In this document: positions 52,136 through 64,000 of the stretch, one piece after another
Layout: every line of letters starts with the position of its first letter
Position numbering within the stretch: the first letter of the stretch is position 1
Source of the DNA: Blasia pusilla
Taxonomy: Eukaryota
Direction of reading: 5' to 3'
Assembly: GCA_050084515.1 (NCBI GenBank)
Contig: CM114271.1
Coordinates: 26,288,001 to 26,352,000 of the forward strand
DNA: 64,000 nucleotides
Translations under genes and position numbers: made by a program
Notes under the pieces: model-generated
What the model saw: the letters and a program-made list of their open reading frames with translations, nothing else
What the model was told of the DNA's origin: nothing
The model's database searches: none

Positions 52136-55100
52136 TTCTCTTGGGATGCATCACACAATCGGGGTGGTGTCCAAAGGGGTCATAGCAGCACTCCTGCCTA
52201 ACTGGGGTTCCTCTGACTCGTCACACTCTAGTGCAAGAGTCTCGCTCCACGCGATCTGCACATGCTAAGTGGCTAAGCGTCGAAGCTCCTCAATCGAGCC
52301 CCAAAGCGGCACTTCTCCTCCACAGACTGATGCGTCTACCATGATACTCCTCTCCATAGAAATGTCAGATACGGGAGTATCCTCTACATGGACATGTCCC
52401 TCAATCAAATCACTAGGCAAAGTGATGGCACAACTAAATGTTGCTAAGGTCGCCATCTCTCATGGCCGTTGCATGATCACAGGACATGCGAATCGAACGG
52501 GTAATGAGCTAAGCCAAGCATCACATGATTTCCATCCTGGTCTGTAGGACGCTGACTCCTCCCAGTAATCCAGGGAAAATCCCATCGGGTATAACACTGC
52601 TCAACCAACCAAGACGTCGTAAGACTCTACATCAGTCATTATCGCCTTGGCTTGCACCACGGACTCATCAGTAGGATGTCCCAAGCGAATCCTCACCACA
52701 ACCTCATGTCGGGTGATATAATGTGTGGTACTTGCTCCACCCAAGGATGTCTGTATGCGAAATGGACAACGCCTCACATCGGCTCTCGTCAAGCCCAATC
52801 CCTTGAATGACGCTTTCTCCAACATCAGGGGTTACGCTTCTAAATCCAACAAGATGCGTTGCGGACTAAAAGCTCTACCTCCAGGACTTACCAACAGGAA
52901 GACCTTTCCTCAGTTATCCAGCAACACAACACAAGCAGAATCCATGCCACACTCTATCGCGGGTCTAGCGGGCATCTCCGCCATCCTAGCAGCTGCAGCC
53001 TACCATGAATCTGACGTGGATGGCGTGAGCATTCGCTCCAAGGGCAGATCCATCACCTCCTCTGCAATCACCTCTGAACGTGATGCAGGAACTCCAACTC
53101 CTCCATGCTCACATAGCGTAGCGGCCAGCCAAAAAACCTCGGCGGGCATACCTCCCAACGTTATAAAATCGGAAGCGCGGTACACAACGGTGGCCACCCC
53201 CAACAACGTGCTCGACATATGCCCCTCCTGAGCATCAGCAATATGAGTCATCGCACTGGCTTCTCCCATTGCCCTCTATGCTTGCACACCAACAACATCA
53301 CCAATTATCCAAGAACTCTGATCAGGAACCATCGATGGGATCCTCGTCGCCTCGGACAACGTGAAAGACCAAGTAAGCCTAGTCTATTTCCTGGCTTCCC
53401 CTCGCTCTGGATCCAACTCTACGGCTGATCCACATGTCATAACTACGGTGGCCTCCATTTGGGCAACCCCGCACATCCAACAAGGATCCTCCATATCTCT
53501 GGCTGCTCCATATGATGTCGATGCCACAGATCCGGCATCGGGTAATCTCAATGCCATAGCGGCAATCTGCTCTTGTAGCTTATATATCTGAGCAGCCATC
53601 CTAGCCTCATGCCCGGCATCTCCCTCGACGCATCTAGGTGGTTTGACTCTACCTCCTCCACGGGCAGCTCCACCACCCCGTCGGGCAACTCCAGCTCCTC
53701 GTCCCCTAAGGGGACCACCTGGTGCACGATCTCTAGCCCACCCAGACCGGATACTTGCTAAGGTGCCCTCTCTAAACCTCGGTCCGGACGTAACTCAGGA
53801 TGTTACATGGAACATGTGGTGCGGGTATGACCATACCTTTGACAGCACCCAATAACCTCCAGGTGCAGCACCATCTCCTCCTCCATGTAGAGGCACACGT
53901 CCATTACCCTAACGAGTGGAATCATGCTAATGATGGGCTCCACCACATGACCAGCAAGTGATCGTAGGTGGTTGTTGCAGAGCCGCATATGAAGTCGCAC
54001 GTCTTTATGGCACGGCCTCCCAATATTCTCCCTGAGCTCATGGTGCCACAATCAACCTATCTTGGAGTCCACGTTGTTGCACAGGTGATGCAGACAATCG
54101 TGAGTGCTCTCGCCTAGAACCCATGATGGCTACGCTCTCCTCCGCCATGTTGCCCTCACTATTCTCGACGGTCCTTAAAACATTTCTCAACGTAGGGGAG
54201 GTGTTCATAAGAAGCACCCCCTTCCGCACTTGTGTCCGCAGGGTCCGGTAGAGCATTGCATACCATGATTGGATAGCCTGAGCCTTTGTTAGCCTCTGAG
54301 TGACGTTGATCAAACGGCGCAAGCGAGTATAAGCCTCACGCAAACTCTCACCCGAGCGCCTCTGGAAGTCATGGATGCTCCGCAACTCTGCGTCTGTACC
54401 CCTTGGTAGCTCGTCCTCTACTCAGCGAAGAACTCAACCATGAGGTTGAACCTAAGACAAACCCGACTAGATGGTGCAACTACTCCAATGCGAGTGACCC
54501 TCCTAAAACATCACTAGTGGAAGAGAAAGTAGCCTCTCCTGACTCCTCCTCCTCATCTGGGAGCGGCTCCATCCATGACACATAGTATGGGTCATAGTAG
54601 AGTCGCCATGCCTCAATCTCCTGGGCATATCTGTGGGAGAACTCATGGTAATCGTCCATGGGCGCCCCCTCCAAATGCTGGAACATATCTAGATGTAAAC
54701 GGGTTGAACTCTCTAGAGTTCCTAGCCCGATGTGAGTCACACCAACTCCTAAACTCTGCAATGAATTTGTGTAGGTTTATAGTGCCTGCAACAGCCAAAA
54801 ACCTACGCGGTCCTCTACTTTGGTCATCCATCTCGTACGTTCAACTGGTAGGACCACTCAATATGTACGGTGGATCACTAACACACTCCTCTATATGCTC
54901 CCCCTCGTTTGAAGATGACATAGAAGGAGATCGAGGTGGTCTCTCACCTGGAGACCCTCAAAACCTTGCACCACTTTGGTTAAACCCTCTAGAGCTACTC
55001 TCATGTCCACTACCTCGCCTCTCAAAATCCTGAAAGGACACCGTGATGGCCCTCATGACCCTCTCACATTATCACTCTTAATCTCGCGAGTAATCCCTCA

Positions 55101-55204
55101 ATCACTCAAACTAAACATGTGGCACTCAATCTACACTCTCTCATTGAGACGTGTGTTGTGCGGCAACAAGCAGCCAGGTGCGGAAAATCATTGATCTATC
55201 GTCT

Positions 55205-55362
55205 CATCAACAAACCATCCTCAACTTTGGACATCCGACACATGTCTATGTCCCCTAAACCCATACATCATCGATGCTCCTAGCATCAACAAACCATCCT
55301 CAACTTTGGACATCCCACACATGTCTATGTCCCCTAAACCCATACATCATCGATGATCCTAG
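55205..55362. repeat. ~79-bp tandem duplication in the 5' UTR of copy 3
   Basis: catcaacaaaccatcctcaactttggacatcc...cctag occurs twice, nearly identical. Confidence 0.9.
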
Positions 55363-57098
55363 CATCAACACGAAACCCAATATCTGAAAATCCCTCACAC
55401 ATGCAAGGTTAGAGATCAAAATGGGTAACCTGACAAAAATGTCGATGTCGCTCCTCGGTATCTGCAAATCTCAACCCCAACTCGGTCGTGAAGACAACTC
55501 CTCCAATCAGCAAGTCATACTCCTCTTGTACGGACGCTGTTGAAACCTTCTCGATGCGCGGTGCAGGTTCAGTGGTCCGGTGCCTCAATCTACGGGCGTC
55601 ATGGCACGGTAATCAATCTTCGTCGAGCGGCTACCAATCACAACATAGCAACATGAAATTAAAATTCACACACCATAACGCAAGGTCATCTGCCATCACT
55701 GGTTGATGACAAAACTGCAATGACGGTGACGTCCAAAAAAAAGTACATGGTGGCAACGCAAGTCAGAGAATCAACGGTCATCGCGGAAGATCCTCCACTC
55801 CGTAATGACGACAATGAGAACTAAAGGATGGACAACGGATGAATGCGGCTGTGAGAACCGCTAGGCGGCGGCGGCAGCCGACAATGGACGGTGGACCATT
55901 GATGGTGACGACCAACCATTGACGATTGATTATTGATGGTGAAGGTTGACCGTTGATGGCTGAACGTTGACAGTGAAAATGACGGAGACGGCCTCCACCG
56001 GCGTGGCGGCTGGTTTAGGATTTGAACAATTTAACCTTGAAATTTGCCTAACAATGGAAGTGTTGCAAGATTGACCATAACTTTTTGCTCGCAAATCCAA
56101 ATTGCGTACTCTCTATTGCACAGCGTGTACAACTTCACGATCTAAAATAATATTAAAAATATTTTGAATTGGACATTCCAGTAAAAAATGACGGGGACTG
56201 TCGTAAAGCCCAATGTCTCTTTCTTCTATGAAAAAATTGGCAACGCTTCCGCACTGATTTCTCCCAACAAAAATATAAAACCTATGAAAATACAAATCAA
56301 AAGCTACATGGCGCTTCCAAGAGCACCGCATGGGGAAACCCGCCCCCATCCTCAATCCCTATCAAAAATTAGGCAGCGCTTCCGCGCGCCACTCTTCCAC
56401 ACGAAAAAATGGCAAAGGAAACATCACAAGTAAGCGGCTCTTGATCTGGTGAGCACTCCCATGAACCGCTGAATGGGGAATATGATCCCCAACCTGCAAA
56501 ACCAGCGAGTGACCAACGAGCTCCCCATGAAGCTCTCTCACTCACTCATTTCTCTCTTTGTTAAATAAGATCCAATCTCTCTCACAACACCATAGTTCTC
56601 ACATGTGTTCACTCTCACATGTCTCTCTCAATGTCAAACCAAACCCACTCTCTTAATGAGAGGTTTGGGTTACACACACAAAGCAAGCAAGACCATAGCT
56701 CCTCCGACTCATGCCAACAGGTTCAACAAAGAGACAATGAGCTCTCAAGCTCTCTCTCCTTGAGGTATACCCCTCCCCTCTCCCAAGCTCTCTCCATGGT
56801 AATGAATGCTCCCAAGTCACCTCCTTGGCTCTTGACCTTATGTATGAGTTCAATGGCCACTTACCAAAATTATAAAATCCATCATATACTTAAAATGGTA
56901 CTCATCTAAAATAGTAGTTCCTCAATAGTAATAGTAAGTTCTTCAATATGGCTCCAAATGAGCCGAAACGAAGGGGAAACCTGCTCTCTCAGGTTTCCTG
57001 GGGCCTAAGTAGGTCATTCTCGACCTACTGAGCCTATCCTCTACTACTCACAAAGACGCTCTATTAGATCTCACTGATCTATCCTAAAAGACGTGAAA

Positions 57099-57420
57099 AA
57101 GTTCCTTGAGCGAGGGAGCGATGTCTACTTGGTGGGCATCGATCATAGCGGTTAATCCGGCAGGATTATCGAGCATAATATGCAAACAACTCAACATTTT
57201 GACCTTCCTGGACCTCAGTGTGTTAGCAATTGAATCGCCTCTTGCATCTCCTATGGAGTTCTCTTTAATTTTCAAGCTCTGTAGTCTTTCCAATGAACCG
57301 ACTTCTATAGCCTATCCAAGAGCCACCATCCCATCTCCGCTTGAAATTATAACAAAAGATAAGTTGTATCCACTTTCAATCTTGGCCATATATTTGCTTT
57401 AAGGCAATGGAATCTCAGCA
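57099..57420 (-). pseudogene. Ribonuclease-inhibitor-type leucine-rich-repeat fragment cut by copy 3
   Basis: GMVALG*AIEVGSLERLQSLKIKENSIGDARGDSIANTLRS..MLSCLHI..GLTAMIDA...PSLKEL matches LxxLxLxxNxIGDxG-type repeats; ends at the copy-3 terminus. Confidence 0.5.
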
Positions 57421-60182
57421 CGCACCGTAACGATGTAGAACTGACGGGTTTTGGAAGGAGATAGCCCTATTGTTTCTTATGCGACTTCTTCTCATTCATC
57501 TACTCATTCTACTCGTCTCGGCAGCAATGAATGGACATTGCCTACATGTGGCTTTGTGATATACTCTCCTTCAATGACATGTGAAAGTAACAAGGTCACA
57601 ATATATGTGATAAGGTCAAGCAGATCCTCCCCCGAAAAATCGAGTTTTCAAATTTCTAGAAGTGTTTCCACAATGAAGTATATGTTCACGCGGGAGTGTT
57701 TCTTGTGAATAAACGCGTGCGTGGAGGATTTCTTAGTGTGTAGAACCGTGTTTAGATTTAGCTAAACCATCTTAACTTACATTTTCCTCTAACTACCAAT
57801 GAAAATACTTCATTTTTAGTTGTTTTTTGCTATACCTACTAGAACTAGTATTGTTTATTCCATGTCATTCTTTGGAAATTAAGATAATTAAATATCTTAA
57901 TTTATTTACTTCAATTATTATAGATATTAGTTTTAGACTTTGATATACAACTAATATTCAACTAACTTTAGTTATTTTGACTTCCTATTAGTTTTACTTA
58001 AGTCACGTCATTTTTTCACATTAATAAATAAGTATATTTTGAACTACTAATTTAAATTAATTAAAAAAAAATTCCACGTATGATTTACTTGTGTATATTA
58101 GTTTTAATTCTTTAATACACATAGTATCACTAGTATTGTATATTCCATGTCATTTTTTCAAAAATAATTTTGTTTCACTATTTGAAAGATAATGCACTCC
58201 AGTTTTTTGCATTTTTTTTACAACTAAGTTCAACTAACTTTTTGTTCTATTGTCTTCATGTTATTTTTAAATAAGACACATCATATTTTTTAATTAATAT
58301 ACAAAGAAATCTTGAAATATTAAAATTTTATGACAAAATATAAAATGCCACATAAGTTTTTCTAGTCCATGTTAGTTGTAGTTTATAACTAAATTGTGAC
58401 ATGTTTGAAATTTTTGCCAATGTAGTTGTTAAACTAGTGATTCCAAACTTAGTGTTAAACTCCCTAGTGTTAAATAAACTATATTCCCTCTAGTGACTCC
58501 CATTGGTGGTAAGAGGTTCCCTATAGATAGATGCCTTGGTCTTGAAGAACAAGACGATACAAAATATTCTTCCTGTTTTCTCTATGATTTAGAGGGATGG
58601 TATATAGGTGATGAACTTGATTGGGAATATTGGCATATTAATTACATGGAGTTAGAACTAAATGTTGATAATAGTGAGATTAGAGATTTTATGGTTGACA
58701 TTCTTTCTCTTGATCATGATTCAAGTCTTTGACGAAGCAACGAGTATGTATTGATACATGTTATTGGCATTGAGGTTTGTATAGTAAAGGAATTTGATGG
58801 AAAATTTAGTATTCTTGCTACAAAACACAAATCTTCTTATTATGTTCTTTTACTTATGTGATCCAAATATGTGAAGTTATTTAAATGTAATGACCTATCA
58901 TATATTTTGTAGGTTGTGTTGAAGAATCGTCGGAGGAACCAAATATTTGACAAAGTAGTGATGATGAGTTGTATGTTCCTCTTTGTGAAGAAACAATTGA
59001 GCTTAAGCTTGAAAATCTTAAGAGAATTGAAGTGGTACAAGTATCAAGCAATAACTATGTTCCAACACATATGTTTGACCAGGAGGTAGACAAGTACATG
59101 ATAGTATTGATTAAGGATATAAGATAATACTCGATGAGAGTATGTATAGAGTTGTATTCACTTCGTTAAAATGTCATATTAATCCATGCATTGACATTGA
59201 CTTGTCACAAGGTTAGGGGGAAGAAGGAGATACACGTTTGACTAATGATTGGATTCCTTCCTTTGAGCCTATATCTTCTAGCTACTCGTTTGTGCAAGAT
59301 GCCTTAGGTTTTGGGTCTTAGGCTCTAAGCAGTGGTCATACTGATAACTCTGGTGACTCAAGTGAAATGAGTAGTGTTGAGTCTCACTTAATAGTAGATT
59401 CGTTATTTTTATGAAATGTCAAATGTAAGAAAATTTTCAATTTAGGTAAGATATCGATCTAATAGTGAAGTTATATTGTTCCATTGTTCCATAAATGTAT
59501 ATTTGTAAATATTAACTCTTATTGAAATTTCTATTTGTCCTATGTAGAAAGATTTATCATATGATGGAAAAAATCAAGCATCACCTTATAATGGTACAAG
59601 GCCTTTTACTGACCCCACAAACTATGAGGGAAATATGCATCTTGAGTGAAAGAAGTCTACCTATCAAAAGGAAAAGAATGAGCACTTCAAGATGTACGGT
59701 TTGTACCTCCTTCTATAACTAAAGTGTCCACTAAGTAAGAATGTTTAGCGCTATTGTAATGTAAATCTAGTTGAATTTCTTAGGCATATTATGGAAATTT
59801 TTTATTTATTTTGTATTTCTTCTTACGTGTTATTCTATACTTCTAGATCCATTCAACGCACAATGGCTACATCAAATACACGAAAGTGCAAGAGCTAAAA
59901 GACTTAGCCAAAGATATGAAAATTTTGATCTCATATATTATTCTATTCATATTGATTTGTTTTTCAATATTGGAACCATTGTGACTAATCATTGGGTTGT
60001 TCTCATTTTTTTGTTGGTTTACTTTTGAAGTGAATATGATATGGTTCATTTTACAATGTTTTAGTTACATCATATGTGAAATATATGTTTTTATATATAT
60101 ATATATATTGCTTTAGAGGTTTTTTTATTAATCTGTATTATCATAGGCGACCCTAGGAAAAAAGCCAATATTCATCAATTAA

Positions 60183-60357
60183 TCTATATTATTAAGAGAG
60201 GACAGGTTCGAGGACCCCATCCCCCGATGATGACACATATACACTTTGGTCTCCTGTCGTGACGACACAAGTAACAAACAATTAATAGAAAAACTAAATT
60301 AACATAACAATATTTTTGACACATTTTCACCCGCGCATAGCATGTGCATTATACTAG
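60183..60357 (+). mobile_element. 175-bp non-autonomous Helitron
   Basis: A|TCTATATTATTAAG 5' end; 3' GC-rich hairpin-like cccgcgcatagcatgtgc followed by CTAG|T. Confidence 0.7.
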
Positions 60358-61007
60358 TAATTTTAATAGTATTATAATGGATGATTTTAACTATCAATAT
60401 AGTGGAAAATTTATGAGAAAAAACCAAAAACATGATTTATCCTTAATTAATATTTGATGGGAAGGGACATTGAATTTTAATGGAGAAGGAGTAAATTTTG
60501 TTTAAATTTCATGGAAAGGTAAAATTAATTGGGGGATTAGGATATCATTTAAATTTTAATGGAGGAGTATAATTACTTACAAAAGTGAAATTTTATTACT
60601 CTTCTAAGATTTCAGAAAATGTACAAATATATTTAAGGTTTGAAATGAATAATATGATTATTTTTTTAAATAATCATGTTAATTCACATGTGATCTTTTG
60701 GGAAAGGAAAATGATTTTGAATGGAAAAGGAAAATGATCTTATTAATTAAAATCAGCTAAAAGTTTTATTAGTGAATGTTATTTCGGTGGGAAGAGTGGA
60801 AGGGGAGGAATAGTTATTATTCAAACTTTTACGAATGAATGAATAATTTAGGGGAGATGTGTATTATTTGAAGGTGGACATTTATTATTATTTATATAAT
60901 TTTTTGGGAAATTATACTTAAAATTTGAAATTAATTATAGTTTCAAATTTTAAGGTCCTTCTATTGTTGACACTTGTTTTTTAAGGCTAAAGAAAATAGA
61001 ACTATGT

Positions 61008-61037
61008 CACACGTGCATCACACGGGCAACATACTAG
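61008..61037 (+). mobile_element. Second Helitron 3' terminus
   Basis: cacacgtgcatcacacgggcaacatactag|t: hairpin plus CTAG followed by T. Confidence 0.65.
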
Positions 61038-61129
61038 TGTATTTAAATGTGAAAGTTGTCACAAGTTCCTTGTTTAAGTTGCAAGTTGTTTATGTTACAA
61101 TTTAACTTCTAACAAGTTCTTTCCTTTTG

Positions 61130-62190
61130 AGTCTCCTCCTTATGCTAACCATAACGATTGTATGACATGCTTTGAGTTGCATGAGCTTAAATTCAAACAT
61201 TTAGATTTAATGATCGTGAATGCCAGTGTGATTATTGTACAAGGAACGATACAAAGGAAAAAAATCCTTATGTTTGGATGGCTCTTGCTCTTATTGACGA
61301 AGTAGTGGCTCCAATGACTACGACTAGAGTTGGTGAGTTTGATGTTAAAGATAATATTTTTGTATTAATTTTATTTCATACATCACTTTCTTTCCTATTT
61401 TTATTAACTTTTATATATTCTACTTTTGGGTTATTTTCTAGGTCTAGGATAATACATTTGATATGCTTCCTCATTTGACAACTCTAATGCCATCTCCAAT
61501 GTAATGCTCTTGATTATTATTATCATTTTTTGGGGTTTTTTAATTACTTTATATTTAAATTTCTTATAGTAAAAATATTTTTAATTTATTCCTTGTAGAC
61601 TTACGCTTCCGTCCATCATATGCTTGGAGTTGCATGAGGATAAGGCCAAAGATGTAGACATGGTGATCGGCTTGACCTACTTGATGGGGCATGTATTAGA
61701 GATTATTTGATAATGATGGGTGCATATGAAGCCTATATTCCATCGCGAGATGCCTTGCTCCCACTCATAAAGTACTCAGTCCTACAACTACTACTATAAT
61801 TGATGACTTTGATGTTGACGATAATATGAGGTATAAATTTTGTTAATATTTATTATTATTAAATCACATCATGATTTTTGCTGAAACTTAAAAATATATA
61901 TATTATAGATTTTGGTTGGTTTTCAAGCCAATGATAAGGGTATTTGATGACGATTCTTACTATGCCATCTCCAATGTATAGTTCTTTTCCATAGCCTTCT
62001 TATTTTATTTGTACCATTTTCTTGTTACTGACCTTAATTACGTTTCACGCTAATTCTTCTCCTAATATTTTTATTCTTCAAAGTCTTTATGTTCCTTCTA
62101 GCCCTCAAAGATTACATGATATGCTTTGAGTTACACGAGCCAATGGCCAAAGACGAAGGCATGCTGATCTAGTTGAGGCACATGATGGAG
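61130..62190. repeat. Diverged ~450-500-bp tandem units upstream of RepHel
   Basis: atgctttgagttgcatgag-like anchor at ~61168, ~61620, ~62121; tgccatctccaatgta at ~61488 and ~61963. Confidence 0.65.
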
Positions 62191-62439
62191 AACTAATTGG
62201 TGATTCTCCAATAAGGAATAATATACCTCACAATAATTTTTCTCTTGGAATGGGTTATCTCGAGGTTCACACAGAAGTAAATGAAGATCCAATGTTTTAT
62301 ACTTTTCCAAATGTGGCATGCGGAAGGGTTGTTGACTTTAAGAAGTTGGTGAATATCACGTATACATGAATTTGAAGAGAAAGGTATTTGAATTATTCCC
62401 CTGACATATCTTATTGTTAGTATTACTGGCCATTATAGC

Positions 62440-64000
62440 ACTGGATGTATGGATGATGTATGCTGAACTTGATAAGCGTTTCATTGGAAGTGTGCGAGAG
62501 TAAAGTCGTCAAAGTTCCTAAGCTCTCCTTTGGGATGTGTTGTAAGCACAGTAAGATTCAATTCCCCTATTTAGAGGCTTCACATCCTTTTCTATTTTAC
62601 TTGATTTTGGGTGTTATGTCAAATAATATGCATTTGTTGTGTAATGCATGTGCCTATAATAGCACACTTCAATTGGCATCCATCGAAGCACATGTTATAG
62701 AGCATGGTGGTGGTGCAGGAAACTGAAGGATTCAAGATGGTATTTATCATGCTATTGGATCTCTTAATGCGAAGATGGGTGTTTCTCCTTAATTTGCAGA
62801 AATTTATATTCATGATGATGAGTCTCAAATTGAACTGAGGAGAAGGATCATGACTCGAGATAACCGTGATCGATTGAGGGGATTATAAGACATGTTACAT
62901 GTCCATAATCCATATGTTGCTATCTTTCGATATGTGGCCATGGACCCAGGTTATTTTTATACTCATATTTTTCTAAAGGGTAGTAAGTGTGGGCTTGATG
63001 CGCAATGGTCTATTTGCCTATTGCTTCACAAATTGATGCTATCTCGCATTGAGACAAAAGTGAGCCAAAAGAAGGACATGATATAATTGTGCGCTTATAC
63101 GGAGGAGAGATTTGTTAAATGTCTCACTTGAATGAGGCTTATATTCCATTGCAATTTGTATTGTCTTTTTTCTTTGGTGAAGTTGGTTGGAATCCTGACA
63201 TACCTATGCGCACGGGTAATCTTAGAAGAAATGCGATGAGAAGAGGGCATGTTGTGATGGAGGAAGATGGAGGTAAGGATGTTAACCACAATGTACCACA
63301 GGGAATAGAAGAAGAGCCACTTTAAGATGGAGAGATTACTAATGAAGCATGTTCAAAGACTATCACTACTCTACAATTTGCTTTATTTTGACTTTGAGTA
63401 CGAGCTGATATTGAAGATCATGACAGGTTGTCAAGGTTCGGTTGTCTTACTAAAGAATATATGGTAGGTATGGATGCAAGTATTGAGATGCAATGATTAA
63501 CTTGGATACGGTTACATCAAAGGGAGTTGAGAGCTTATTTATATCAAGGTGTGAGAGATGCTATGACTAGGCATGGTAATGATGGTCATGCCATAGGGAG
63601 GCGAGTCATTTTACCTTCCTCTTTTATAAGAGGACCTTGACACATGCATAAATTTTATCATGGTGCCCTGAAAATTGTGAGACATTTTGGTAAGCCATAC
63701 TACTGTCTGACTATGACTTACAACCCTTAGTGGCTAGAAATTACTTTTGCTCTACTTCATGGTCGAACAGCCTTCGATTGTTCTGACTTGGTTGTAAGCG
63801 TTTCCAAAAAAAAAACAAAAAAGTTATTGAGGCTTATAGTGGAAAAGCATATTTTGGGTCAAGTTGTGGGATGTATTCATGTAGTGGAGTTTCAAAAGAA
63901 GGATCTATCACATGTGCATATTTTCATTCTTCTTGCCTCAAAGGATAGCCAAGGAAAACCTCTGATTTTGATGATATTATAACTAATGAGATTCTTGATT
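62440..64000 (+). pseudogene. Helitron Rep/helicase N-terminal part (decayed; runs off the window)
   Basis: Zn-finger MDDVC...FHW...FGMCCK; RIQDGIYHAIGSL; FAEIYIHD; YIPLQFVL..GEVGW; LRAYLYQG; GRRVILPSSF; GKP...TMTYNP.W; VVEFQKKDLSHVHI (HUH motif). Confidence 0.92.

Larger units (their letters stand above)
47104..57098 (-). mobile_element. DNMT-Gypsy copy 3 (near full length; B2 and the end of A2 lost)
   Basis: A1 ~56562-57098; gag ~53600-55030; protease ~52450-52960; DNMT; RT YYIDDIVVF; RH; INT; PHD; B1 47573-47681; A2 47104-47572. Confidence 0.92.

Noticed and set aside
58440-59800. Gene-like fragments with possible introns
   Set aside because: Multiple stops and no recognisable domain; cannot support a call.

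Overview
AT-rich eukaryotic, TE-saturated region with no intact host gene. The TE types suggest a bryophyte such as the moss Physcomitrium, but that is inference. The window is dominated by three decayed copies of one unusual Ty3/Gypsy family: 6520-16747 (+, full length), ~34030-44844 (+, 5'-truncated and split by a nested insertion) and ~47104-57098 (-). A 200-bp solo remnant lies at 23901-24100. The reconstructed polyprotein reads gag(2xCCHC)-protease-DNMT3-like C5 cytosine methyltransferase-RT-RNaseH-DDE integrase-PHD finger. The termini are not ordinary LTRs but split direct repeats (A...B-A-B), with TG...CA-type ends and 4-bp target duplications (ACCC for the full copy, TGAT for the solo). 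The rest is relics of other Gypsy families, a Harbinger transposase relic, a Helitron RepHel plus a mini-Helitron, a coiled-coil/RING ORF next to another LTR, an LRR gene fragment, tandem repeats and several perfect hairpins. All coding regions carry stops or frameshifts. Internal domain boundaries are approximate and read by eye.
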